Positions 19,354-27,106 of a DNA stretch of 64,000 nt are shown here, piece by piece. Position 1 is the stretch's first letter. Every line of letters starts with the position of its first letter. Below the pieces are notes generated by a model that ran no database searches, was not told where the DNA came from, and worked only from the letters and a program-made list of their open reading frames with translations. A program made the translations under genes and the position numbers. The stretch is from the sequence record NC_047838.1. One strand, written 5' to 3'.

Positions 19354-19365
19354 CCCTTCGGGGTT
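19352..19365 (+). terminator. UUCG hairpin after mazG (terminator or processing signal)
   Basis: GACCC-TTCG-GGGTT directly upstream of tRNA-Ala. Confidence 0.5.
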
Positions 19366-19367
19366 GC

Positions 19368-19440
19368 GGGGTTATAGCTCAGTTGGTAGAGCGCCTGCTT
19401 TGCAAGCAGGATGTCAGCGGTTCGAGTCCGCTTAACTCCA
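19368..19440 (+). tRNA. tRNA-Ala(UGC)
   Basis: Acceptor GGGGTTA/TAACTCC, anticodon arm CCTGC-TTTGCAA-GCAGG, TTCGA T-loop; CCA not encoded. Confidence 0.95.
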
Positions 19441-19446
19441 TAAATA
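19441..19446 (+). promoter_or_regulatory. Late promoter TAAATA
   Basis: Immediately after tRNA-Ala, 13 nt upstream of the ORF at 19460. Confidence 0.6.
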
Positions 19447-19459
19447 TCTAAAAAGGGTA

Positions 19460-20758
19460 ATGGCGAAAAGTCTCCTTGATACAGATTTATATACTAAAAC
19501 AGTCACGGTTATCAACGACAACCTTTATGATCTGGGTATGTCAATTGATACTAAAAGAACTGAAGGATCATACATCTTTGTTATGTGTGATGAGGATAGA
19601 CTCGAAACTCAAGAGTCTTTGGAGATGGAAATTGAGAGAGTTTCTGGACTTCGTTGCAGCAGAAAATATGTCAAGTCAAAATCATCAACAGATTTAACGC
19701 AGGTTGAGGGGTTTGGAAAAAAATTAAATATTGTTTTTAAAAACACCAGGGGTGGGATGCAGGAAACCACCCTCAATTCTACTATTACTGAATTGTTTCC
19801 AGCTATTGCTTTTGAAGCAGGTATTAGTACAGATCTTGATCCGGCTATATTTTATAATAAACTTGTAGAGGCAAACGATCCAAAATTTGGTGCGTATAAA
19901 AATAAGAGTGCATATGATGCGGGCAAACCATTTTTAGATAAAGCACCAACTTCCTCTAAATTTGAGGAGAAAACAACAAACGCTCAAGCAATTACAGAGT
20001 GGTTGATTGGTGAGAACAAAAGAAAAAAAATTAAAAAAGTTGTCTGGGGATATCGCAATAATTTAAAACCAGATGGAGTTGCACCCAATCACAAGGGAGA
20101 TATTTTTGCTGTTTTTGATGATGGTAATATTTTAGGAATCTCCTTGAAGGCAGGTGGAGCAAAAACTGCTGAACCACAATTTAACAGTTACGTAAGACCT
20201 ATCTTTACTTCTTTTGGAATGCTTAATGACTATGCAAAACTTGAGAAACAATCTTACGAGACTTTCTACAAAGGTATCCCTGGGATTACGCCTGAGAATA
20301 CTTATGGAAAGCAACAAATGACAAAAGTCATAGGTGCCTTTGAAAAAAATAATTTAAAACAATATGAAATGCTATATGATGCACAACTTGAATTTGTGAG
20401 AGAGTATATTTGTGACATGATGAACAAATATCCTGCCAAAGCAAAGAATTGGTTGTTGCGTGAAGTTGCAGCAGAACAAGAAGGTGTTCCCTTGATTGTT
20501 TTGAAAGCAGCAGGTAAGACAACTAAGATTGTTGACGACGAGAATGTAATTAAGGATTGTGTTCAGACATCTAAAAAAGCAAATGGAATAAAAGCATACC
20601 CTTCAAAAACATCAAAACAAAATTGGCATATTGATTTAACGTGTAGAACTCATACTACAACCTTGAATTTTTCTATTAGAACAAACAAAACTGGGATCAG
20701 TCATAAATTGGGTCAGTATATCAATCTCGCAGTTAAGTTTAACGGAATCGCTAAATAA
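19460..20758 (+). CDS. Putative PD-(D/E)xK (restriction-endonuclease-like) nuclease
   Basis: KGDIFAVFDDGNILGISLK matches D-x(10-12)-(S/E)xK; visibly AT-richer codon usage than neighbours. Confidence 0.55.
   Translation: MAKSLLDTDLYTKTVTVINDNLYDLGMSIDTKRTEGSYIFVMCDEDRLETQESLEMEIERVSGLRCSRKYVKSKSSTDLTQVEGFGKKLNIVFKNTRGGMQETTLNSTITELFPAIAFEAGISTDLDPAIFYNKLVEANDPKFGAYKNKSAYDAGKPFLDKAPTSSKFEEKTTNAQAITEWLIGENKRKKIKKVVWGYRNNLKPDGVAPNHKGDIFAVFDDGNILGISLKAGGAKTAEPQFNSYVRPIFTSFGMLNDYAKLEKQSYETFYKGIPGITPENTYGKQQMTKVIGAFEKNNLKQYEMLYDAQLEFVREYICDMMNKYPAKAKNWLLREVAAEQEGVPLIVLKAAGKTTKIVDDENVIKDCVQTSKKANGIKAYPSKTSKQNWHIDLTCRTHTTTLNFSIRTNKTGISHKLGQYINLAVKFNGIAK
20752..20757 (+). promoter_or_regulatory. Late promoter TAAATA
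   Basis: Overlaps the upstream stop, 23 nt before ATG 20781. Confidence 0.6.
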
Positions 20759-20780
20759 TGTATAAGGATTATCAATATAA

Positions 20781-22016
20781 ATGAAAAGTTTATTTCAGTT
20801 CCTAAATGAGGCGCAATCACAAGCGTCGATGCAGGCGAAAAAACTGAATTTGAAAAGCGATGGCCATGGAGGTTGGTTAGACTCCAAGGGTAAATTTGTT
20901 GCGACTACAGAAGATGGTAAGTTAAAGTTTTTAGATAAGAAACAAGCAAAAGCACAAGATGAACCAAGTGCAAAACCAAAAGCAACTCAAGCAGAACCTG
21001 AAGCAAAGACTAAGAAACCTGCAACTCAAGAGACTGGCACGAAGAAAGCAGAAGCAGGTGATGGAGATCAAACTTCTGGGGAGACAACAGAAACCCTGAC
21101 CGTTGCATTCGGTCGTTTTAATCCACCGACTGTAGGACATGGTAAGTTACTTGCCGCGGCCAAGAAAGCGTCGGCAGGTGAAGACATGAAGATCTATCCT
21201 TCACGTTCACAGGATGCTAAGAAGAATCCTCTTGATCCTGACATGAAGGTTTCGTTTATGAAGAAAATGTTCCCTGATTATGCAGAGAACATTATTAATG
21301 ATGATGAGATGAAGTCTATCTTCAACGTTCTCACCACGGCAGATGAGCAAGGGTATCGCAACGTCAACATCATCGTAGGTTCAGACCGTCAATCTGAGTT
21401 TGAAAATCTGGCAACCAAATATAATGGTGACCTGTATAACTTTGAGAACATCCGTGTTATCTCTGCTGGTGTGAGAGATGCGGATGCTGAAGGTGTTGAG
21501 GGAATGTCAGCATCTAAGATGAGAAAGGCAGTCATGGATGATGACTTTAAAGCATTCCGTAGTGGCACACCAAAAGAATTGGATGATGGCGACACTCAGG
21601 CATTATTTGATGCAGTCCGTGCTGGCATGGGTATCAAGAAAAAGAAAGCAGAAGTTGCTGAGATGTGGCAGATTGCTCCCAAGTATGATCAAAGAGGTCT
21701 GCGCGAGCAGTATGTGAACGGACTAATCTATCGTCTTGGTGATATTGTAGAAAGTCTGCATACAGGATTGGTTGGTACGATTATCCGCAGAGGAACTAAT
21801 CACCTGATCTGTGTCACGAAAGAGGACTATATGTTTAAGTCCTGGATCCGTGATGTCATGGAATACACTGAGAAGAAAATGGAACGTCGTATGAGAGTTC
21901 CTGGAAAACCAAACACACTCGAAGGAACTGGTGGTTATACGAAGAATGCTATGGCAGCAACTGGCACATCTAGTATCAAGAATTTCATAAATAAGTATAA
22001 GATTAAAAAGTCATAG
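20781..22016 (+). CDS. HIGH-superfamily nucleotidyltransferase (cyanophage cytidyltransferase; NadM/NMNAT-like fold)
   Basis: AFGRFNPPTVGH (HxGH), IIVGSDR, SASKMR; low-complexity N-terminal extension. Confidence 0.85.
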   Translation: MKSLFQFLNEAQSQASMQAKKLNLKSDGHGGWLDSKGKFVATTEDGKLKFLDKKQAKAQDEPSAKPKATQAEPEAKTKKPATQETGTKKAEAGDGDQTSGETTETLTVAFGRFNPPTVGHGKLLAAAKKASAGEDMKIYPSRSQDAKKNPLDPDMKVSFMKKMFPDYAENIINDDEMKSIFNVLTTADEQGYRNVNIIVGSDRQSEFENLATKYNGDLYNFENIRVISAGVRDADAEGVEGMSASKMRKAVMDDDFKAFRSGTPKELDDGDTQALFDAVRAGMGIKKKKAEVAEMWQIAPKYDQRGLREQYVNGLIYRLGDIVESLHTGLVGTIIRRGTNHLICVTKEDYMFKSWIRDVMEYTEKKMERRMRVPGKPNTLEGTGGYTKNAMAATGTSSIKNFINKYKIKKS

Positions 22017-22023
22017 AATTACC

Positions 22024-23628
22024 ATGTCTAATGGAATCGGTAAAAATCCTTTAAACGATATTTCAAAGGTATACTTAGATCAAATCGTTGAGAAGAAGAA
22101 AGACGATACCTATCTTGAACCTGACATGAAGAAGCGTCAGGCAAATAATGAGAAGGCACGCAAAGAACTTGCCAAGGGTCCTCAAATGAAGAACCCCCAT
22201 TTTGAATCTGCTGAGAAGAGTGGTTGGGATGCTGTCAATTCCCTCGCAGATGTATATAAGAATATGAATGAAGAAGAAGTTGATGAAGCGATGAGTTCAT
22301 ATGATAGAAATCGTAAGAGAGCAGCACAGAGAGCAGCAGACAGAAATGCTGCCAGAGCAGCAGGTAAGACAGGTGTAGTTCCTGGAGTTGGATATGTGTC
22401 TCCTAGAAAGGAGAAAGAATCATATGTTGATTCTGCAGGCACAACCAGACATAAGTCAGGCGCAAAGATGGAAGCACTTGATCCTGTCGGTAAGGAAGAC
22501 GGTGATGTTAATAATGATGGTAAGAAAGACAGCACCGATTCTTACCTGATGAAGCGCCGCAAGGCAATTGGTAATGCGATGAAAAAGAAACTCAAAGAGT
22601 CAAGATCACTCTCTGAGGTTATGACTGATGAGGTTGATGAAAAACCCATCAAAGAAAAGAACGTAAAGAATAAGATCAAAATTAGTCCTAAACTGGGTGA
22701 AGCAGTTGAGGACCTTGGTGGTGAACTGCTTGAAATGACTGAAGTTGATGAAGCAGTCTACGGTGGCACTCCTAAAGAGGAACCAAAAGACAAGCGCATG
22801 GTTGTCACTAATGCTGATAAGAAAGGAAACACACCTGCTTATCGTGCATTCAAAGCAGGTGACAAGCGTTACAAGGCTGCTGATCACATGAAAGAAGAGC
22901 AGGTTGATGAAGAGAAGAAACCTTTACCCAAGACAAAGATGTTCCGCAAAGCGGGCAACTTAGGACGTGATGCAATTAGCACTCCTATCGATCCTGAGAA
23001 ACGTCAGAAGGCATACGATCGTTCTAAGAAGATTATCAAAACTTTGAACCAGAATGAGGATGTAAGCCTGGGAAAGTCACCAGAAACCTCAGAAATTCCT
23101 GAGGAGATGTCTCCACAGGAGATTCAACTTCAAAAGAAAAAAGCAACCATCGATAAGATGATTGCTCAAAGAAGAAAGACTGAACTTGCAAAAGGTAATG
23201 CTCCTACCAAAACCATGGGTGAAGGCAAGGGAGATCCTTGCTGGGACACTCACAAGCAAGTTGGTATGAAGAAGAAAGGAAACCGTATGGTTCCTAATTG
23301 TGTTCCCAAGAATGAGGAAGTAGAACTTGATGAACGTACCCGTTTCGCAAAAGAAACAGGTAAAGATTTCAAGACTGGTAATCCATCTGAAAAGGGTGGC
23401 ACCAGAACTGGCAAGTCTGCTTTTGATAAAGTAAGTCGCGATATGCGTAAGACTGGTGGTGTAATGTCCTCCAGAGGCAAAGGTATTCAACCTCAAGGTA
23501 AGAAGAAGGTCAAAGGTGCTAAGGGTTACAAAGGTGTAACTCCTGTAGATAAGATTAGGAACAGACTTGCTCAAAAGAGAGCAGCAAAACCTAACCCCTA
23601 TAGAGCAAGAGCAGGTGAGTCCGACTGA
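22024..23628 (+). CDS. Modular Lys/Arg- and Glu-rich late protein (probable head-internal protein)
   Basis: Basic modules separated by EEEVDEA, EVDEA, EEQVDEE, EEVELDE; TAAATA at 21988-21993. Confidence 0.7.
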   Translation: MSNGIGKNPLNDISKVYLDQIVEKKKDDTYLEPDMKKRQANNEKARKELAKGPQMKNPHFESAEKSGWDAVNSLADVYKNMNEEEVDEAMSSYDRNRKRAAQRAADRNAARAAGKTGVVPGVGYVSPRKEKESYVDSAGTTRHKSGAKMEALDPVGKEDGDVNNDGKKDSTDSYLMKRRKAIGNAMKKKLKESRSLSEVMTDEVDEKPIKEKNVKNKIKISPKLGEAVEDLGGELLEMTEVDEAVYGGTPKEEPKDKRMVVTNADKKGNTPAYRAFKAGDKRYKAADHMKEEQVDEEKKPLPKTKMFRKAGNLGRDAISTPIDPEKRQKAYDRSKKIIKTLNQNEDVSLGKSPETSEIPEEMSPQEIQLQKKKATIDKMIAQRRKTELAKGNAPTKTMGEGKGDPCWDTHKQVGMKKKGNRMVPNCVPKNEEVELDERTRFAKETGKDFKTGNPSEKGGTRTGKSAFDKVSRDMRKTGGVMSSRGKGIQPQGKKKVKGAKGYKGVTPVDKIRNRLAQKRAAKPNPYRARAGESD

Positions 23629-24092
23629 TGCCTGCTCTCTCTAAAAAACAACAGCGATTCTTTGGAATCGTTCGTGCGATTCAAAAAGGAGAACAAGCAC
23701 CTACCACTCCTGAAACTGCTAAGGCAGCAAGGGATATGAAGAAGGGTGATGTAAAAGATTTTGCATCAACCAAACATAAAGGTTTGCCTGAGAAAAAGGT
23801 CAAGAAAGAAGAGACTGATTACAAGTCAAGAGATAAAATTATGAAGAAAGCAAATCCTCTTCATAAACATCTTTACAAGAACCTTCATAAGAAGGATAAG
23901 ACTGGTGATGTAAATGAAGAAAGTAAGTATGATAGGTATGATACTGAAAAGAAAAAGTTTGCCAAGACCGACAAACGAATGAAGTTTGGTAAGTTCTATG
24001 ACAAGGCAAAGGAGGCAAAGAATCGTCTTCGTCCTGGTGAAGTGAAACGTTACGACAAAAAACTTGGTAAGTACGTTTCTAATAAAGATTGA
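23628..24092 (+). CDS. Basic hypothetical protein with similar EE-linked modules
   Basis: MPALSKKQQRFFG..., KKEETD, VNEESK; TGATG coupling. Confidence 0.7.
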   Translation: MPALSKKQQRFFGIVRAIQKGEQAPTTPETAKAARDMKKGDVKDFASTKHKGLPEKKVKKEETDYKSRDKIMKKANPLHKHLYKNLHKKDKTGDVNEESKYDRYDTEKKKFAKTDKRMKFGKFYDKAKEAKNRLRPGEVKRYDKKLGKYVSNKD

Positions 24093-24122
24093 CGATATAT
24101 ATAATAGTTACTGAGGTTCATC

Positions 24123-24326
24123 ATGCTCGCATTCCTTTTACCTTTAGCATCTAAGATTATTTCTGATGCAGTTGCCAAGATTCCAGAGAACGAGGAACTT
24201 GGAGAGAAGTTAGTTGAGATCTGCTTAGTCATCTTAGGCAAGGCAGTTAAGCTTACAAAAACCGATATGGACGACCAATTATTGGAGGTCGTAACCAAAG
24301 CAATCGCTGCCCGTGAGGGTGAGTGA
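24123..24326 (+). CDS. Small hypothetical protein
   Basis: 67 aa with GAGG SD. Confidence 0.65.
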   Translation: MLAFLLPLASKIISDAVAKIPENEELGEKLVEICLVILGKAVKLTKTDMDDQLLEVVTKAIAAREGE

Positions 24327-24329
24327 TTT

Positions 24330-24337
24330 TATAAATA
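24330..24337 (+). promoter_or_regulatory. Late promoter TATAAATA
   Basis: Exact T4 late consensus upstream of 24370. Confidence 0.75.
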
Positions 24338-24369
24338 TCTAATATCAAGTAAATTTTAGAGAGAAAGAC

Positions 24370-25173
24370 ATGGCACTCTGGGGAAATACCGATGCAATTA
24401 GTGTGAAGAGTGGTGGCACCGTTGCTATTAATTATGCTACAGGGGCTGTAACTGGTGCTGGCACTAGTTTTGGTGTGAGTGGTTTTGCTGATGTTGGCGA
24501 CATCCTGAGAGTTGGAACTCGTGTAGGAACTGGTACATATTTTGGTGATGCTGTAATCGTTGCTGTTGCAAGCACAATTTCTTGCACCATCGGATCCACG
24601 ATTGGTCTGCTTCATGCTGGTCCTAATGCACACACTTCAACTGGTGCAACTACCTTCCAGGTAAGCAGACTTCCAAAATACACCACCACGCAGCCTCGCT
24701 TCAGTCAGGACACTGACTTTAATAAAGCGGATGCTACCACAGCAACCGTAACAACTGCATCTGCAACTGGTGTAGCTGGTGTTGGAACAGATATTATTCC
24801 TGTTTCAGTATTAGGTGTTGTCAATACTAATAGCGATACTCTCGTAAATGACAGCAACAACATTAAGATTTCCTCAGTTAATGCAACACAAGTAAGTCTT
24901 GCATCAACAATCTCTGCTGGAATCTCTACTGGAGACACCTTGACCTTCCAGAGAACTGCTGGTGGATATGAAGCAAATGTCTATGCTGTTGCTGAAGGTG
25001 GTAAGGAGTCTGCTGCTGGTGGACAGTACCAGGTTGACCATGCTGGTTGGGTTGGTGTTACCACATACGTTGACAACCATGGCAACCTGAGAGTCAAGAA
25101 AGAGACTCTCGTCGCGATGTCTGGTATTACTACGGGCAACGTACCTCTCTATGATTCTGATCCCCTTGCATGA
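24370..25173 (+). CDS. Probable virion structural protein (Gly/Thr/Ala-rich)
   Basis: Late promoter; MALWGNTD N-terminus and HAGWVG/ETLVAMS C-terminus resembling cyanophage structural proteins. Confidence 0.6.
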   Translation: MALWGNTDAISVKSGGTVAINYATGAVTGAGTSFGVSGFADVGDILRVGTRVGTGTYFGDAVIVAVASTISCTIGSTIGLLHAGPNAHTSTGATTFQVSRLPKYTTTQPRFSQDTDFNKADATTATVTTASATGVAGVGTDIIPVSVLGVVNTNSDTLVNDSNNIKISSVNATQVSLASTISAGISTGDTLTFQRTAGGYEANVYAVAEGGKESAAGGQYQVDHAGWVGVTTYVDNHGNLRVKKETLVAMSGITTGNVPLYDSDPLA

Positions 25174-25180
25174 TGACTGA

Positions 25181-25573
25181 ATGATCTTTAATGAATTGAA
25201 TGAGGATAACTTCCTCCTCTTCGCTATTAAAAATTATGAAAATCCTCAGGCAGTTACCAAAGAGGATTTTGATAAAGATCTAAATCACTTTAAGTATATC
25301 AAACGATTACTGAAGCGATATAAGAATACGGGTCAACTTAAGACTCATCTTCTTTTAAACCACTTTATCATTCTTTATAATATTTTTGGTGAAGCAACAA
25401 CACCCATGTTGTTCTTTAAAATTGAAGAGGATTTGTGGTCTTCCATGAAAAGTTTTATCATTTTTCTTGGAAGATTTCCTGAATATCCTCACTCATCGAT
25501 TCATGATATCCAGGTCGATATGTTTTGTTTATCGGAACTCTACAAGATCTATAATGAAAAAGAGTCCTCTTGA
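25181..25573 (+). CDS. Hypothetical protein
   Basis: 130 aa; MIFNELNEDNFLLFA...HLLLNH. Confidence 0.75.
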   Translation: MIFNELNEDNFLLFAIKNYENPQAVTKEDFDKDLNHFKYIKRLLKRYKNTGQLKTHLLLNHFIILYNIFGEATTPMLFFKIEEDLWSSMKSFIIFLGRFPEYPHSSIHDIQVDMFCLSELYKIYNEKESS

Positions 25574-25766
25574 TAAGATTATTCAGATGATTCGTGAGGA
25601 TGCTCCCACGAATGCGATGGCACATGGGAAGATTGCAGGGTCAGTAGAGGCTGGAGATGATCCTCCAGTAAGAAAGAAAAAGAAAAAGAATTATGCATAT
25701 GGTGGTCACGGCAGCAGGAGAGTCTGGTTAGATTACTTCAGAAAGCAAAATGGCAGAGCAAATTAA
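25554..25766 (+). CDS. Small basic hypothetical protein
   Basis: MKKSPLDKII...; overlaps both neighbours. Confidence 0.6.
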   Translation: MKKSPLDKIIQMIREDAPTNAMAHGKIAGSVEAGDDPPVRKKKKKNYAYGGHGSRRVWLDYFRKQNGRAN

Positions 25767-26151
25767 ACTTGCGGTCCTAGAAGAGAAACTTCAAAACTTT
25801 GAGACATTAGTCTCTAGGTTGGACTCTGCTATTGAAAAAATTGCTGAGGTAAATAATAACGTGAGTAGGATGCTTGCCGTTCATGAGGAAAGAATTACGA
25901 AGCAAGAGGAAATCGACGCGGTGTTGTTTGATAAAATCGACAAACTCCGTGATAAAATGGACAGCGATCATGACATCGTTACTCAACGATTATCATTATT
26001 GGAACGGAAACTTTGGATTGGCATCGGAATACTGGGAGCAGTTGTAGCACTTACCAATCCTCAAGCAATCAAGACTCTCAGACCCTTGTTATCCTCTGCT
26101 GAAAGTGCTATAGTGGCACCAGCAGTTGCTTTTGTGGATGGATCATATTGA
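25750..26151 (+). CDS. Coiled-coil protein with C-terminal transmembrane helix
   Basis: Heptad pattern followed by LWIGIGILGAVVAL. Confidence 0.7.
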   Translation: MAEQIKLAVLEEKLQNFETLVSRLDSAIEKIAEVNNNVSRMLAVHEERITKQEEIDAVLFDKIDKLRDKMDSDHDIVTQRLSLLERKLWIGIGILGAVVALTNPQAIKTLRPLLSSAESAIVAPAVAFVDGSY

Positions 26152-27106
26152 CTCCAAGTTTATTGGACTCGTATCTTCACGGTTAGAAAAATTCAAGAGG
26201 GTAAAGGCGAATCTGTATAACTTTCGCTGCCCCATCTGTGGAGACTCTAAGAAGAACAAGAGTAAGACTAGAGGTTATTTGTATGCCGTGAAGGCAAACA
26301 CTAACTTTAAGTGCCACAACTGTGGTGCTTCGATGTCACTTAACAACTTCTTGAAAGAAGTGGATCCTGTTATCCATAAGCAATATACTATGGAGAAGTT
26401 CAAGCAGGGACATACTGGTAGAAACTTTGTTACTGAAGAACCTGTCTTCAAGTTTGAGGCACCTAAATTTAAGAAGAAACTGAAACTTCCTAAGGCATCT
26501 GAGCATCCTAGATCTGCCGGATATCTAACGGCACGGAAACTCAATCCCGATGATTTCTACTATGCCAAACACTTTAAGAAGTTTGCCAACAGTCTCAAAC
26601 CAACCTTTGATAGTGAGGAGCATGATGAAGAACGCATCATTATTCCTCTTTATTATGAAAAGAACTTAATTGGATTCCAGGGAAGATCCCTAGGTCCGAG
26701 CAAGGTTAAATACATTACCGTGATGCTTGATGATGACGCACCAAAAATCTACGGATTGGATAACATCAGAAGAGATGCTCCAGTCTACGTTACAGAAGGA
26801 CCTTTCGACAGCACGTTCATTTGCAACGCGATTGCTATGTGCGGAGCTGACGCTGATGTTGGTCGTTGGGGGATTAGCAATCCTGTGTGGATCTATGATA
26901 ACGAACCACGCAATAGAGAGATCACCAACCGTATCTCCAAAACAATTGATGCAGGTTACTCTGTAGTTATCTGGCCAAATGGCATAGATGATAAGGACAT
27001 AAATGATATGGTGATGTCTGGACTGGACGTGCAGTCTGTGGTAGAATCAAACACTTATAGTGGATTAGAAGCAAAACTTAAATTCAACACTTGGAAGAAG
27101 ATATGA
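26138..27106 (+). CDS. gp61: DNA primase gp61
   Basis: FRCPICGDS...CHNC zinc finger, TOPRIM YVTEGPFDS, DNEPRN, KDIND. Confidence 0.96.
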   Translation: MDHIDSKFIGLVSSRLEKFKRVKANLYNFRCPICGDSKKNKSKTRGYLYAVKANTNFKCHNCGASMSLNNFLKEVDPVIHKQYTMEKFKQGHTGRNFVTEEPVFKFEAPKFKKKLKLPKASEHPRSAGYLTARKLNPDDFYYAKHFKKFANSLKPTFDSEEHDEERIIIPLYYEKNLIGFQGRSLGPSKVKYITVMLDDDAPKIYGLDNIRRDAPVYVTEGPFDSTFICNAIAMCGADADVGRWGISNPVWIYDNEPRNREITNRISKTIDAGYSVVIWPNGIDDKDINDMVMSGLDVQSVVESNTYSGLEAKLKFNTWKKI

